Shown here piece after piece: positions 42,141-51,557 of a stretch of DNA of 64,000 nt. The stretch lies in the NCBI GenBank assembly GCA_027064425.1, contig JAMOPO010000057.1, positions 129,352-193,351 of the forward strand. Reading direction: 5' to 3'. The first letter of the stretch is position 1. The number at the start of each line of letters is the position of its first letter. The translations under genes and the position numbers were made by a program. This DNA comes from Methanobacteriota archaeon (GTDB taxonomy: Archaea > JAADCQ01 > Methanopyri > Methanopyrales > Methanopyraceae). The notes beneath the pieces were generated by a model. It saw nothing but the letters and a program-made list of their open reading frames with translations. It searched no databases and had not been told where the DNA came from.

Positions 42141-42617
42141 GTGGAGATCGAGATCCCGGGCCGGGGCGCCCTGAGCGTGGAGCACGTGCTGCTGGACTAC
42201 AACGGGACGATCGCCGTGGGCGGGAGGCTGTCCGAAGAGGTGGCGAGCCTGCTGCGCGACCTGGCCGAGGAGGTGGACGTGCGGATCCTCTCGGCCGACA
42301 CGTACGGCACCGTGGATGAGGAGCTGGAGCGACACGACCTGGCGGATGTGGTGAGCGTGGAGCGGGTCGCGGGGGACGAGCGGTTGAAGAAGGGAGAGGT
42401 CGTGCTGGAGCTGGGACCCGACCGGTGCGCGGCCGTCGGCAACGGGGCGAACGACGAGCTCATGCTGCGGTACGCGGCCCTGGGAATCTGCGTCGTCGGT
42501 CCTGAGGGCGCCTACACCGGGACGCTCCTGGCCGCGGACGTGGTGGTGACCAGGCCCGAGGACGCGATCAACCTGCTCCTGAACCCGCGCGCACTCAGGG
42601 CCACCCTGCGGTGTTGA
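42141..42617 (+). CDS. HAD-family soluble P-type ATPase-like phosphatase
   Basis: DYNGT, SADTYG, VGNGAND. Confidence 0.85.
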   Translation: MEIEIPGRGALSVEHVLLDYNGTIAVGGRLSEEVASLLRDLAEEVDVRILSADTYGTVDEELERHDLADVVSVERVAGDERLKKGEVVLELGPDRCAAVGNGANDELMLRYAALGICVVGPEGAYTGTLLAADVVVTRPEDAINLLLNPRALRATLRC

Positions 42618-42620
42618 GCC

Positions 42621-43886
42621 ATGCGGATCCTGCTCGAGGGACGCGTCTACCACCGGGGCCGGTTCACGAAGGCCCGGGTCCTGATCGAGAACGGTTGGAT
42701 CGTGGACGTGTCCCGCTCGGTCGACGAGGAGGTCGACCTGCGGCTGAGGCTTCGGGACGACGAGGTGGCGCTGCCGGCCCCCGTCGACCTGCACGTGCAC
42801 TGCCGCGACCCGCACCCGGACTACGAGTACGACTTCCGGACGGAGACCCTCCGGATGCTCCTCGGCGGCGTCGCCACCGTCGTGGACATGCCGAACACGA
42901 GGCCCGCCCCGGTCGACGCCGAGGCGTACCGGGAGAAGGAGGAGGCGGCCCGGGAGAAGGCGCTGGTTGAGGTCATCGTGTCCGGGGCCGTGAAGGATCG
43001 CGGGAACGTCCGGGAGCTGGTCGAGGCCGGGGTGCCGGTGCTCGGCGAGGCCTTCCTGGCCCCCTCCACCGACGCCCCCGCGCTCGACCCGGCCGAGGTT
43101 CCCGGGGTCCTGAGGGCCGCGGGCGACACCCCGGTCCTGTTCCACGCGGAGCTGGCCGACCTGGTGTCTGAGGACGACGCGAGCGACCTGCTGGAGCACC
43201 AGGCGAACCGGCCCCCGGAGGCCGAGGCGACCGCGGTTGGGATGCTGGCGGGCGCGGTGTCCGCCGTCGGCGGCCGGGCGCACGTGTGCCACGCCACGCT
43301 ACCCGAGTCCGTGGAGCTGGCGCGGCGGGCCGGGATGACCGTGGAGGTGACGCCGCATCACCTGCTCTTCGACACGTTGAAGGCGGACGCGCGGGATCCC
43401 ACGCTGAAGGTGAACCCGCCGATTCGGGGCCGCCGGCAGCGGCTCGGGCTGCTCGAGCTGGTGCGCAGGGGTCGGGTGGACGTGCTGGCCTCCGATCACG
43501 CCCCTCACCCGGCGACGGAGCGGTTCGAGGAGGCTCCCTCCGGGGTCTCCTCGGGCGGGCTGCTGCTGCCGGTCGCGCTGACGCTGTACCGGCGGTTCGG
43601 CGTGCCGCTGCGCCGGGCGGTGGACATGGTCACCCGGAACCCGGCGAGGGTGCTCGGTCGGCGGGACCTGGGGGAGCTGGCCCCGGGTCGAAGGGCTCGG
43701 ATCGTGGTGGTCGAGCTCCGGGAGTTCGAGGTCGACGCCGGGAGGTTCCTGGAGGAGGGCCGGAAGTTCCCTTATGACGGGTTCCGGATGTACGGGCTGC
43801 CCACGCTGCTCGTCCTGGAGGACCGGGTCTACGACCTTAAGGAGTCCAGGCGGACCGGTGAACCCGTGCTCGTGGAGGGGGAGTGA
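42621..43886 (+). CDS. pyrC: Dihydroorotase
   Basis: DLHVHCRD, DMPNT, EVTPHH, KVNPP, SDHAPH. Confidence 0.9.
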   Translation: MRILLEGRVYHRGRFTKARVLIENGWIVDVSRSVDEEVDLRLRLRDDEVALPAPVDLHVHCRDPHPDYEYDFRTETLRMLLGGVATVVDMPNTRPAPVDAEAYREKEEAAREKALVEVIVSGAVKDRGNVRELVEAGVPVLGEAFLAPSTDAPALDPAEVPGVLRAAGDTPVLFHAELADLVSEDDASDLLEHQANRPPEAEATAVGMLAGAVSAVGGRAHVCHATLPESVELARRAGMTVEVTPHHLLFDTLKADARDPTLKVNPPIRGRRQRLGLLELVRRGRVDVLASDHAPHPATERFEEAPSGVSSGGLLLPVALTLYRRFGVPLRRAVDMVTRNPARVLGRRDLGELAPGRRARIVVVELREFEVDAGRFLEEGRKFPYDGFRMYGLPTLLVLEDRVYDLKESRRTGEPVLVEGE

Positions 43887-43887
43887 G

Positions 43888-45576
43888 TTGCCCACGGGCG
43901 CCCGGCTGATCGTGGAGTGCCTCAAGGAGGAGGGAGTGAGGCACATCTTCGGGTACCCGGGCGGGGCCGTGCTGCCGATTTACGACGAGATCTACGACGA
44001 GGCGGCCATCGAACACATCCTGGTCCGGCACGAGCAGGGCGCGGCCCACGCCGCGGACGGGTACGCCCGGGTTAAGGGCGAGCCCGGGGTCTGCATGGCC
44101 ACCTCGGGTCCCGGCGCCACGAACCTCGTGACCGGCGTCGCGACGGCGTACATGGACTCCTCCCCGGTGATCGCGATCACGGGCCAGGTGCCCACGGAGA
44201 TGGTCGGTCGGGACGCGTTCCAGGAGGTCGACGCCGTGGGCGTGTTCATGCCGATCACGAAGCACAACTATCAGATCCGGAAACCGGAGGAGATCCCGAA
44301 GGTCGTCCGGGAGGCGTTCAAGGTCGCGACCACGGGCCGGCCGGGTCCCGTGCACATCGACGTGCCGAAGGACGTGCAGGAGGCGGAGGTCGAGGCCGAG
44401 ATCCCGCGCCGGGTCGAGGTGGAGGGGCTGAACGTCGTCAAGCGAGGTCACCCGCGCCAGATCAAGCGCGCGGCCGAGCTCCTCGCCGAGGCGGAGCGCC
44501 CGGTGATCCTGGCGGGCGGCGGGTGCATCCTCTCCAACGCGACCCGGGAGCTGGTGGAGCTCGCCGAGCTGCTGGGCGCCCCCGTCGCCACCACCCTGAT
44601 GGGCAAGGGCGCGTTCCCGGAGGACCACCCGCTGGCCCTCGGCCTGGCCGGCATGCACGGGACCAAGGCCGCCAACTACGCCCTCACCGAGTGCGACGTG
44701 CTCCTGGCCGTCGGCTGCCGCTTCTCCGACCGAACCACCGGTGACCCCTCCGCCTTCGCGCCGAACGCTAAGATCATCCACATCGACATCGACCCGGCGG
44801 AGATCGGAAAGAACATCCCGGTGGACGTGCCCATCGTCGGCGACGCCAAGCTCGTGCTGCGCGACCTCATCAAGGAGCTGAAGCGACGCAAGTACCTCCG
44901 CGAGCGGAAGCGCTGGGGCGACCGGATCCGGGAACTTAAGGAGGAGGTGGAGCTGCCACCGGAGCCCACCGAGTCCGAGGAGCGCGTGCACCCGAAGGAG
45001 CTCGTCCGCGTCCTCCACGAGGTGCTCAAGGACCGGGACTTCATCGTCGTCACCGACGTCGGTCAGAACCAGATGTGGATGGCCCGCTACTTCCCCATCG
45101 AAGAGCCGCGCCAGTTCATCTCCTCGGGCGGGCTAGGCACCATGGGATTCGGCCTGCCGGCCGCGATGGGCGCCAAGGTGGCCGCGCCCGAGAAGACCGT
45201 GGTCGCCGTGGTCGGGGACGGCGGCTTCCTGATGACCGCGCAGGAGCTGGCGACCGCCGTGGATAACGACATCGAGGTGAAGGTTTTCGTCATGGACAAC
45301 CGCCGGCTCGGCATGGTGGCCCAGTGGCAAAAGCTGTTCTACGACGAGCGGCTGTCGGAGTCCGAGCTGGACGAGCGCACGGACATCGTCAAGCTGACCG
45401 AGGCGTACGGCGCGACCGGTATCGCCGTCGAGGACCCGGCGGACCTGGAGTCGGCCGTCGAGGAGGCGCTGGAGACGCCGGGCACCGTCGTCGTGGACGT
45501 GTTCGTCGACCCGGAGGAGATCATCCCGATGGTGCCGCCCGGCGGCGAGCTCCGCGACATCCTCGGGGAAGAATGA
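43888..45576 (+). CDS. ilvB: Acetolactate synthase large subunit
   Basis: FGYPGGA, RHEQGA, TSGPGATN, GGLGTMGFG, GDGGF. Confidence 0.95.
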   Translation: MPTGARLIVECLKEEGVRHIFGYPGGAVLPIYDEIYDEAAIEHILVRHEQGAAHAADGYARVKGEPGVCMATSGPGATNLVTGVATAYMDSSPVIAITGQVPTEMVGRDAFQEVDAVGVFMPITKHNYQIRKPEEIPKVVREAFKVATTGRPGPVHIDVPKDVQEAEVEAEIPRRVEVEGLNVVKRGHPRQIKRAAELLAEAERPVILAGGGCILSNATRELVELAELLGAPVATTLMGKGAFPEDHPLALGLAGMHGTKAANYALTECDVLLAVGCRFSDRTTGDPSAFAPNAKIIHIDIDPAEIGKNIPVDVPIVGDAKLVLRDLIKELKRRKYLRERKRWGDRIRELKEEVELPPEPTESEERVHPKELVRVLHEVLKDRDFIVVTDVGQNQMWMARYFPIEEPRQFISSGGLGTMGFGLPAAMGAKVAAPEKTVVAVVGDGGFLMTAQELATAVDNDIEVKVFVMDNRRLGMVAQWQKLFYDERLSESELDERTDIVKLTEAYGATGIAVEDPADLESAVEEALETPGTVVVDVFVDPEEIIPMVPPGGELRDILGEE

Positions 45577-45579
45577 GCG

Positions 45580-45596
45580 GAAAAAAGAAAAGGGGC
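45580..45596 (-). terminator. Oligo-T terminator of the small ORF
   Basis: CCCCTTTTCTTTTTT on the minus strand. Confidence 0.55.
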
Positions 45597-45606
45597 GGAG
45601 AGGGGC

Positions 45607-45741
45607 TCAGGGCCTGGAGCCCGCCTCAACCACCCGCGGGACCAGGAGGGCCGTGCACATCTCGGGCATCTCTTCCTCCTCGTTCTCGACCTCCAGGTGG
45701 TCGTCACCCGCCAGGGCCCAGACCACGTGCCCGAGGTTCAT
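45607..45741 (-). CDS. Small acidic protein, 44 aa (MNLGHVVWALAGDDHLEVENEEEEMPEMCTALLVPRVVEAGSRP)
   Basis: ATG with a G-rich RBS, upstream TTTTAA, downstream oligo-T, host-like codons; too short for the ORF track. Confidence 0.55.
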   Translation of the reverse strand: MNLGHVVWALAGDDHLEVENEEEEMPEMCTALLVPRVVEAGSRP

Positions 45742-45917
45742 CGGGGCCGCCCCCACCCAACCCCACCACCCAAAAGGTCGGTAAAAAAGACGGCGCGTTA
45801 AAACCGGGCTGTCGAGTTCTCGGACCGTGACCTTGGTTCACGGAATGGGCACCCATTGTTCGATCGGATTCGAAAAGGCTAAAAGACCCGTCCCGGCCGG
45901 GTCCAGGGGGTTCGAGC

Positions 45918-46310
45918 ATGGAGTTCGAGGAGTACCTGGAGGAGTGGTTCAAGGGTGAGACCACCGAGGTGGGCATCTACATGGCGATGGCCATCGTCGC
46001 ACGAGAGCAGGGGTACCCGGACGTCGCCGAGCTGCTGGAGCAGGTGGCCATGGACGAGGCGCGGCACGCGGCCGCCGCAGCGCTGATCGCCGGCAAGGTC
46101 GAGAACAGCCTGGACGGGCTCATCGAGAAGCTCGAGGAGATGATTGAAGGGGAGAAGCAGGCCTACGAGACGCGGATGGACGAGGCCGACCACCACTCGG
46201 ACGAGCTGGACGACGAGGTGATCACCCTGCTGAAGGCCACCGCCTACGACGAGAAGCACCACAGGAAGATGCTTAAGGCGGCGCTGAAGCGGCTCAAGGA
46301 GGAGGCCTAA
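45918..46310 (+). CDS. Rubrerythrin/ferritin-like diiron protein
   Basis: GETTE..Y, DEARH, GEK, DEKHH. Confidence 0.85.
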   Translation: MEFEEYLEEWFKGETTEVGIYMAMAIVAREQGYPDVAELLEQVAMDEARHAAAAALIAGKVENSLDGLIEKLEEMIEGEKQAYETRMDEADHHSDELDDEVITLLKATAYDEKHHRKMLKAALKRLKEEA

Positions 46311-46330
46311 CGCCCCCCTCCCCCGCCGGA

Positions 46331-46353
46331 ATCGTTACGATCATCGAAACGAT
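46331..46353. repeat. 23-bp palindrome, copy 4 (ATCGTTACGA-TCA-TCGAAACGAT)
   Basis: 20 bp after the stop of the ferritin-like gene. Confidence 0.85.
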
Positions 46354-46455
46354 GGGGCGCCGCGCCCACCCGGGCGAGGCGTTCAAGGGCTCCAACCCGA
46401 CCGTGAGCACCGGAGACCCCGCCGGAACCGGGTCCCACCGAGAGCACCGCGGGTC

Positions 46456-47220
46456 GTGAGCCGGTTGCGCTTCGCCGTCCTCTACTCTCACCCGTTCGGC
46501 GAGAGAATGTTGGCCAACCTGCTGAACGAGCCGGGCCACTGTCGGGCCTGCGGGCCCGCGTGCGATGGATGCAAGTACGGTGCGTACTCGCTCGCCGACT
46601 CCCTGGTTACCGCGGAGGAGCTACCCAAGCCGGAGGAGCTACCCCCGATGATCGAGGATCCAGGGGACTACCTCCCAAGACTACCGCCCGTCGACGTGCT
46701 GGTGGCGGTCGGACTGCACCCCGACCTCCTGATCGCGCTACCCGAGTCGTACGACGTCCGCTCCCTGATCGTTCCGGTCGAGGAGCCCGACTGGATGGAC
46801 CCGTGGACGGAGAGGAAGCTTCGCGAAGCGTGCGAGGAGAGCAACGTGGAGCTCACGGTGGCGAGACCGGGGTGCGACCTGGAGCCACCCGGCCCCGTGA
46901 CCGAGAGGTTCTGCAGGGCGGGCCTGATCGGCAGGCCTAAGCTGTCCCTGAGGGTGGAGGACGGCGTCGTAGTTGAGGCCCGGGTGGTGAGGTCGGCGCC
47001 GTGCGGCTGCACGTGGTTCGTGGCCAAGCGGCTGGTGGGCGTGGACGCGGAGCCGGGGGAGGTGAAGGCCGCCGTGTCCGAGGCGCACCACTCCTACCCG
47101 TGCACGGCCTCGATGAAGGTCGACGAGCGCGTCGGGGACACCCTGCTCCACGCGGCGGGCTGGCTGCACGTGAGGGCCGCCCTTCGGGCGCTGGAGGAGG
47201 CGGTAGGGGGCGGCGAGTGA
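46456..47220 (+). CDS. DUF166-family protein
   Basis: C..C...C..C, HPDL, RSAPCG, HHSYPCTASM. Confidence 0.75.
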   Translation: MSRLRFAVLYSHPFGERMLANLLNEPGHCRACGPACDGCKYGAYSLADSLVTAEELPKPEELPPMIEDPGDYLPRLPPVDVLVAVGLHPDLLIALPESYDVRSLIVPVEEPDWMDPWTERKLREACEESNVELTVARPGCDLEPPGPVTERFCRAGLIGRPKLSLRVEDGVVVEARVVRSAPCGCTWFVAKRLVGVDAEPGEVKAAVSEAHHSYPCTASMKVDERVGDTLLHAAGWLHVRAALRALEEAVGGGE

Positions 47221-47228
47221 AGACGTCC

Positions 47229-47654
47229 TCAGTCGCCGAGCACTCGCTCCAGCACCTCCCGGAACAGCCTCCACCTCCTCCCCCGGAGCCCGTACTCCCG
47301 GCGCACGTCGGCCTCGATGTCCTTGGCCTCGTAGCCGGCCGGGCGGTACGTGGAGACCAAATCGCCGTCGCGGCGCCCCGGCTTCAGCCTGATCTCGCCG
47401 CGACGTAGGAGGTCGTGGATGGCCTCCTTCACGTCCACGGAGAAGTACGGCGCCCTGAGCAGCATGCAGTACCCGTACTCGGTCCCCGTCAGCGGCCGGC
47501 CCGTCTCGCGCTCGAACTCCTCGTCGATCGAGTAGATCACGCGGAACAGGGATCGCTGGTCGATACCGGGCCGGAGCGCCACGAGGTACTTCACCAGCGG
47601 TCTCAGGTCCGCGTCCGTCGGCTCGACCGTGTGACATCTGCACCGGGCGTGCAA
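47229..47654 (-). CDS. Hypothetical protein, possibly SocA/Panacea-like winged helix
   Basis: LFRVIYSID...TGRPLTGTEY; TTG start after GGGGTGG. Confidence 0.5.
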   Translation of the reverse strand: MHARCRCHTVEPTDADLRPLVKYLVALRPGIDQRSLFRVIYSIDEEFERETGRPLTGTEYGYCMLLRAPYFSVDVKEAIHDLLRRGEIRLKPGRRDGDLVSTYRPAGYEAKDIEADVRREYGLRGRRWRLFREVLERVLGD

Positions 47655-47773
47655 GGTCGCGCCACCCCATCGGCCGAGATCTCCCGTTCGATGAAATTCG
47701 AAAACGTTATAATGGTACGCGGGCATGGTCGAGACTGGTCGAACGTTCGGTTGGATGCGAACGGGGGATGGGC

Positions 47774-49675
47774 ATGTCGGGAGAGTGCCCGTACGCGGAC
47801 GAGGCCGTCCGTGAGCTGGTCGAGCACGCCAAGAAGCTCAACGAGGAGATGCCGGAGATCGAGACCCCGCACATCCGGTGGCCCGTTCAGTTCCCGAAGT
47901 GCCCGTACGGTAAGCAGGGCGTGTGGTGCAACATCTGCGCGAACGGGCCCTGCAGGATCACCGAGAAGACGCCGCGCGGCGTGTGCGGAGCCACGGCGGA
48001 CGTGATCGTGGCCCGTAACTTCCTCCGGCACGTGGCCGCGGGGGCCGCGTGCTACGTTCACTGCCTGGAGAACGCCGCCCGGGCCCTGAAGTCCGTGGCG
48101 GATGAGGAGTCACCGTACGAGATCGCGGACGAGCGCGCCCTGCGGCACGCAGCCGAGGTCTACGGGCTGGACGCCTCGGGCAAGCCGGAGGACGTGGCGG
48201 AGGAGATCGCGGACTTCATCCTAGAGGACATTTACCGGCCGCGGCACGAGGAGTCGGAGGTGTTCAAGGCGGTCGTGCCGGACTGGCGAGTCGAGATGTA
48301 CGAGGAGCTCGGTCTCGTCCCGGGCGGCGCGAAGTCCGAGATTCACGACGCGCTGGTCAAGACGAGCACGAACCTGAACTCCGACCCGGAGGACATGCTC
48401 CTGCACGTGCTCCGGCTGGGCCTGATCACCGGACCCGTCTCCCTGTTCGGCGTGGAGACAATCAACGACATCCTGTTCGGGAGTCCGAGGATCACGGAGA
48501 CGGAGGGCGGCCCGGGGATCCTGGACCCGGACTACGTGAACATTATGGTCACCGGGCACCAGATGCCGCTGCTCAAGCACCTCATGGACGCGGCCGAGCG
48601 GCTGGAGGACGAGGCCAAGAGGGCCGGGGCCAAGGGCATCCGGATCATCGGGGCGACGTGCGTCGGCGACGACTTCGAGGCCCGCGCGGAGCACCTGCCG
48701 GACACGTACGCGGGGTTCGCGGGCAACAACTTCGCGACCGAGGCGCTGGCCGCGACGGGTCTCGTGGACGCGATCGTCAGCGAGTTCAACTGCACGTTCC
48801 CGGGCCTGAAGTTCTACGGTGAGAACGTCGAGCTGATCGCCGTGGACGACGTGGCCAAGGTGTGGGGAGCGGAGCTGATTCAGTGGGACCCGGAGCGCGC
48901 TGAGGAGGTGGCCGAGGAGGCCGTCAGAAGGGCCATCGAGGCGTTCAAGGAGCGCCGCTCGAAGCATGAGGATCGGATCATGCGGCCCGAGCACAGGCAC
49001 GAGAACGTGGTGGGCTTCGGCTACTTCTCGATCGAGGACGCGGTCGGCTGGGAGAAGGTGCTCGAGCTGATCGAGGAGGGCACCATCCGAGGCGTCTGCG
49101 CGATCGTGGGCTGCACGAACCTGGCCAGCGGCGGTCACAACGTGCCGGCCGCCACCCTGGCGAAGGAGATGATCAAGCGGGACATCCTCGTCCTCGGAGC
49201 CGGGTGCGTGAACGGAGCGCTGGCCAACGCCGGCCTGTTCAACCCCGAGGCGGCCGAGCTCGCCGGCGAGAACCTCCGGAAGGTCTGCGAGGAGCTCGGC
49301 ATCCCACCGGTGCTCCACTACGGGCCGTGCCTGGCGATCGGTAAGATCGAGCACCTGCTCTTCGAGATCGCCGAGATCCTGCGGGAGAAGACCGGCGAGG
49401 AGGTCGATATCCCGGACATCCCGGCCGTCGCGAGCGCGCCGCAGTGGCTCGAGGAGCAGGCGCTGGCGGACGCGTCCTCGGCCCTAGCGCTGGGCATCAC
49501 GCTGCACGTGAGCCCGGTGCCGCCCGTGACCGGCAGCAAGGTGGTCACCAAGACGCTGCTCGAGGACCTGCCGGAGCTGACCGGCGGCGAGCTGATCATC
49601 GAGACGGACATGGAGAAGGCCGCCGAGATCCTGGCCGAGAAGATCGAAGAGAAGCGGAAGCGCTTGGGTATCTGA
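47774..49675 (+). CDS. cooS: Atypical CooS-type CO dehydrogenase homolog
   Basis: CNICANGPC, GVCGA, GHQ, FNC, VGCTN, GAGC, YGPC. Confidence 0.9.
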   Translation: MSGECPYADEAVRELVEHAKKLNEEMPEIETPHIRWPVQFPKCPYGKQGVWCNICANGPCRITEKTPRGVCGATADVIVARNFLRHVAAGAACYVHCLENAARALKSVADEESPYEIADERALRHAAEVYGLDASGKPEDVAEEIADFILEDIYRPRHEESEVFKAVVPDWRVEMYEELGLVPGGAKSEIHDALVKTSTNLNSDPEDMLLHVLRLGLITGPVSLFGVETINDILFGSPRITETEGGPGILDPDYVNIMVTGHQMPLLKHLMDAAERLEDEAKRAGAKGIRIIGATCVGDDFEARAEHLPDTYAGFAGNNFATEALAATGLVDAIVSEFNCTFPGLKFYGENVELIAVDDVAKVWGAELIQWDPERAEEVAEEAVRRAIEAFKERRSKHEDRIMRPEHRHENVVGFGYFSIEDAVGWEKVLELIEEGTIRGVCAIVGCTNLASGGHNVPAATLAKEMIKRDILVLGAGCVNGALANAGLFNPEAAELAGENLRKVCEELGIPPVLHYGPCLAIGKIEHLLFEIAEILREKTGEEVDIPDIPAVASAPQWLEEQALADASSALALGITLHVSPVPPVTGSKVVTKTLLEDLPELTGGELIIETDMEKAAEILAEKIEEKRKRLGI

Positions 49676-49708
49676 TTCTCACCAATCTTTTCCGGGCAGG
49701 TGACTCTC

Positions 49709-50809
49709 ATGAGAGTGGAAACGCTCCGGGTCGCGACGGGTGAGCCCGGAGAGCTGAGGGTGGTCGCGGAGATCACGGAGGGGAAGGTCGTGAACGCCGA
49801 GGTGTGCTCCACGACCACGCCGCTCTCCTGGGAGACGCTGGTCCTCGAGAAGCCCGTCGAGTTCGCCGTGGTCGCCGCCGAGCGGGTGTGCCGCGGCTGC
49901 GACGCCAGCGCGGGGCTGGCCGTGGCGGAGGCGGCCGAGGACGCCCTGGGCGTGGACGTGCCGGACGACGCGAGGAGGGCCCGAGAGCTCCTGAACATGG
50001 CCAACGTGGTCAAGTCGCACGCCAGGACGCTGGCCGTGGCCGACCTGGGAGTGGAGGAGCCGGCCTACGAGCTCGTCCGCGCCGCCAAGGAGATCGTCAG
50101 GATGGTGGGCGGGAAGCCCCAGCACCCACCCGCCGTAACCGTGGGCGGCCTGGCGATCGAGCGGATCCCCGTGGAGCGGGTTGAGAGCGTGGCCAAGGAC
50201 GCGGTGGAGACCGCCGAGGAGGTGCTGGATGACGTGGAGTCGGCCGTAGACGACCTGCGAGAAGACCTCGAGGTGGAGCCGCGCGAGCGGCCGACCGAGC
50301 TCAGCGTCTCGGACACGTACAGGGGCGACGTGGACCGGGGCGCGATCGAGGTGCTGACGCCGGAGGAGTTCTACCGGATGAGGACCACCCGGAGGATCGC
50401 CACCAACCTCGTCGCCCAGTATGAGGGCAAGCCCGCCCTGGTCGGACCGGCCGCGAGGCGGGGCGGGGCGGAGCATCCGGTGGAGCACCACGTCGCCAGG
50501 GCCGAGGAGATCGTGAGCATGCTGGACGGGATCGCGGACGCCGCCTCAGGGCTGGACGGGTCCGGCGAGTACCGGACGGACGACGTGGAGGCGGGATCCG
50601 GCGAAGGGGCGGCCGCGGTGGAGGCCCCGGAGGGCGTCCTCGTCGTCCGGCTGCGGCTCAGGAACGGGCGCGTGGACGAGGCCGAGATGATCACTCCTTC
50701 CAACTTCAAGGCGGCCCTCGCGGGCGACCTCCTGCCCGGACTGACGGTCGAGGAGGTCGAGACGGTCCTGCGCTCGCTCGGCCTCTCCGGCAGGTGCCTC
50801 ACGCACTGA
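49709..50809 (+). CDS. FrhA-like NiFe-hydrogenase large-subunit homolog with a degenerate active site
   Basis: ERVCRGC, VGGKPQHP...VGG, EAPEG, ITPSNF, C-terminal SGRCLTH. Confidence 0.8.
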   Translation: MRVETLRVATGEPGELRVVAEITEGKVVNAEVCSTTTPLSWETLVLEKPVEFAVVAAERVCRGCDASAGLAVAEAAEDALGVDVPDDARRARELLNMANVVKSHARTLAVADLGVEEPAYELVRAAKEIVRMVGGKPQHPPAVTVGGLAIERIPVERVESVAKDAVETAEEVLDDVESAVDDLREDLEVEPRERPTELSVSDTYRGDVDRGAIEVLTPEEFYRMRTTRRIATNLVAQYEGKPALVGPAARRGGAEHPVEHHVARAEEIVSMLDGIADAASGLDGSGEYRTDDVEAGSGEGAAAVEAPEGVLVVRLRLRNGRVDEAEMITPSNFKAALAGDLLPGLTVEEVETVLRSLGLSGRCLTH

Positions 50810-50821
50810 GGGGGGCTCGAG

Positions 50822-51538
50822 ATGAGGGTAGCCCTGCTCTCCCTCATGTCCTGCGGATCCTGCGCGGAGAACCTCGAGATCGTGTGCCAGAGTGAGGGCC
50901 ACGAGCTGGTATGGTCGAGTCTGAGGGACGACGGTGAAGTGCCGGACGTGGACGTCCTGTTCGTGGACGGGGCCGTGGACTTCGCCGACGCTGACGCGCG
51001 GGAGCGGCTCGAGCGGGCGGTCTCGTCGGCGGACGTGGTCGTGTCGCTGGGATCCTGCGCCGCCACCGGTGGCTTTGAGCGGCACGCGATCGGCATGCGA
51101 GAGCCCGCCAGGTACCACTTCACGGTGTTCCCGGCCGCCAAGTTCGCCGACACGGACTACGCCATCATCGGCTGCCCTCCCACGGAGGACGCCATCGCCT
51201 CCTTCCTGGAGGCGCTGGAGGAGGGCGACGACGACAGGCTCGAGCCGTACCGGGTCCTGTCGGGGGACTTCCACGGGCTGGACCCGAACCTGCCGTCCCC
51301 CGTCCGTGGCCCGGAGGCGACGGTGGAGGACGTGCTGCTGACCTCCAACAAGGATCTCTGCCTGGGCTGCGACCTGGACGTCGTCGAGCGAGAGCTATTC
51401 TGCACGGGATGCGGAGCGTGCGCCGCCTCGTGCCCCGCCTGGGCCATAGAGATCGACGAGAAGCCCGAGATCCGCGAGGACAGGTGCATCAGGTGCGGAA
51501 CGTGCTTCGCGACCTGCCCGAGGTCGTTCCGAGCTTGA
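50822..51538 (+). CDS. FrhG-like Fe-S subunit
   Basis: SCGSC, GSCAATGG, GCPP, two CxxCxxCxxxCP motifs. Confidence 0.85.
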   Translation: MRVALLSLMSCGSCAENLEIVCQSEGHELVWSSLRDDGEVPDVDVLFVDGAVDFADADARERLERAVSSADVVVSLGSCAATGGFERHAIGMREPARYHFTVFPAAKFADTDYAIIGCPPTEDAIASFLEALEEGDDDRLEPYRVLSGDFHGLDPNLPSPVRGPEATVEDVLLTSNKDLCLGCDLDVVERELFCTGCGACAASCPAWAIEIDEKPEIREDRCIRCGTCFATCPRSFRA

Positions 51539-51557
51539 GCCACCGGTGGTGCGCGCG

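Noticed and set aside
36019-43292. Very long ORFs in the track (979 aa and 1511 aa) and the many antisense or shifted ORFs
   Set aside because: High-GC shadow frames. Only the mer part and the membrane-protein part have recognisable motifs; the upstream parts overlap real genes on the other strand.
46365-46435. Possible C/D sRNA between the ferritin-like and DUF166 genes
   Set aside because: A terminal stem is present but the boxes are too degenerate to support a call.
50780-50809. Selenocysteine read-through in the FrhA-like subunit
   Set aside because: The missing Cys position is TCC (Ser), and the TGA follows the terminal His.
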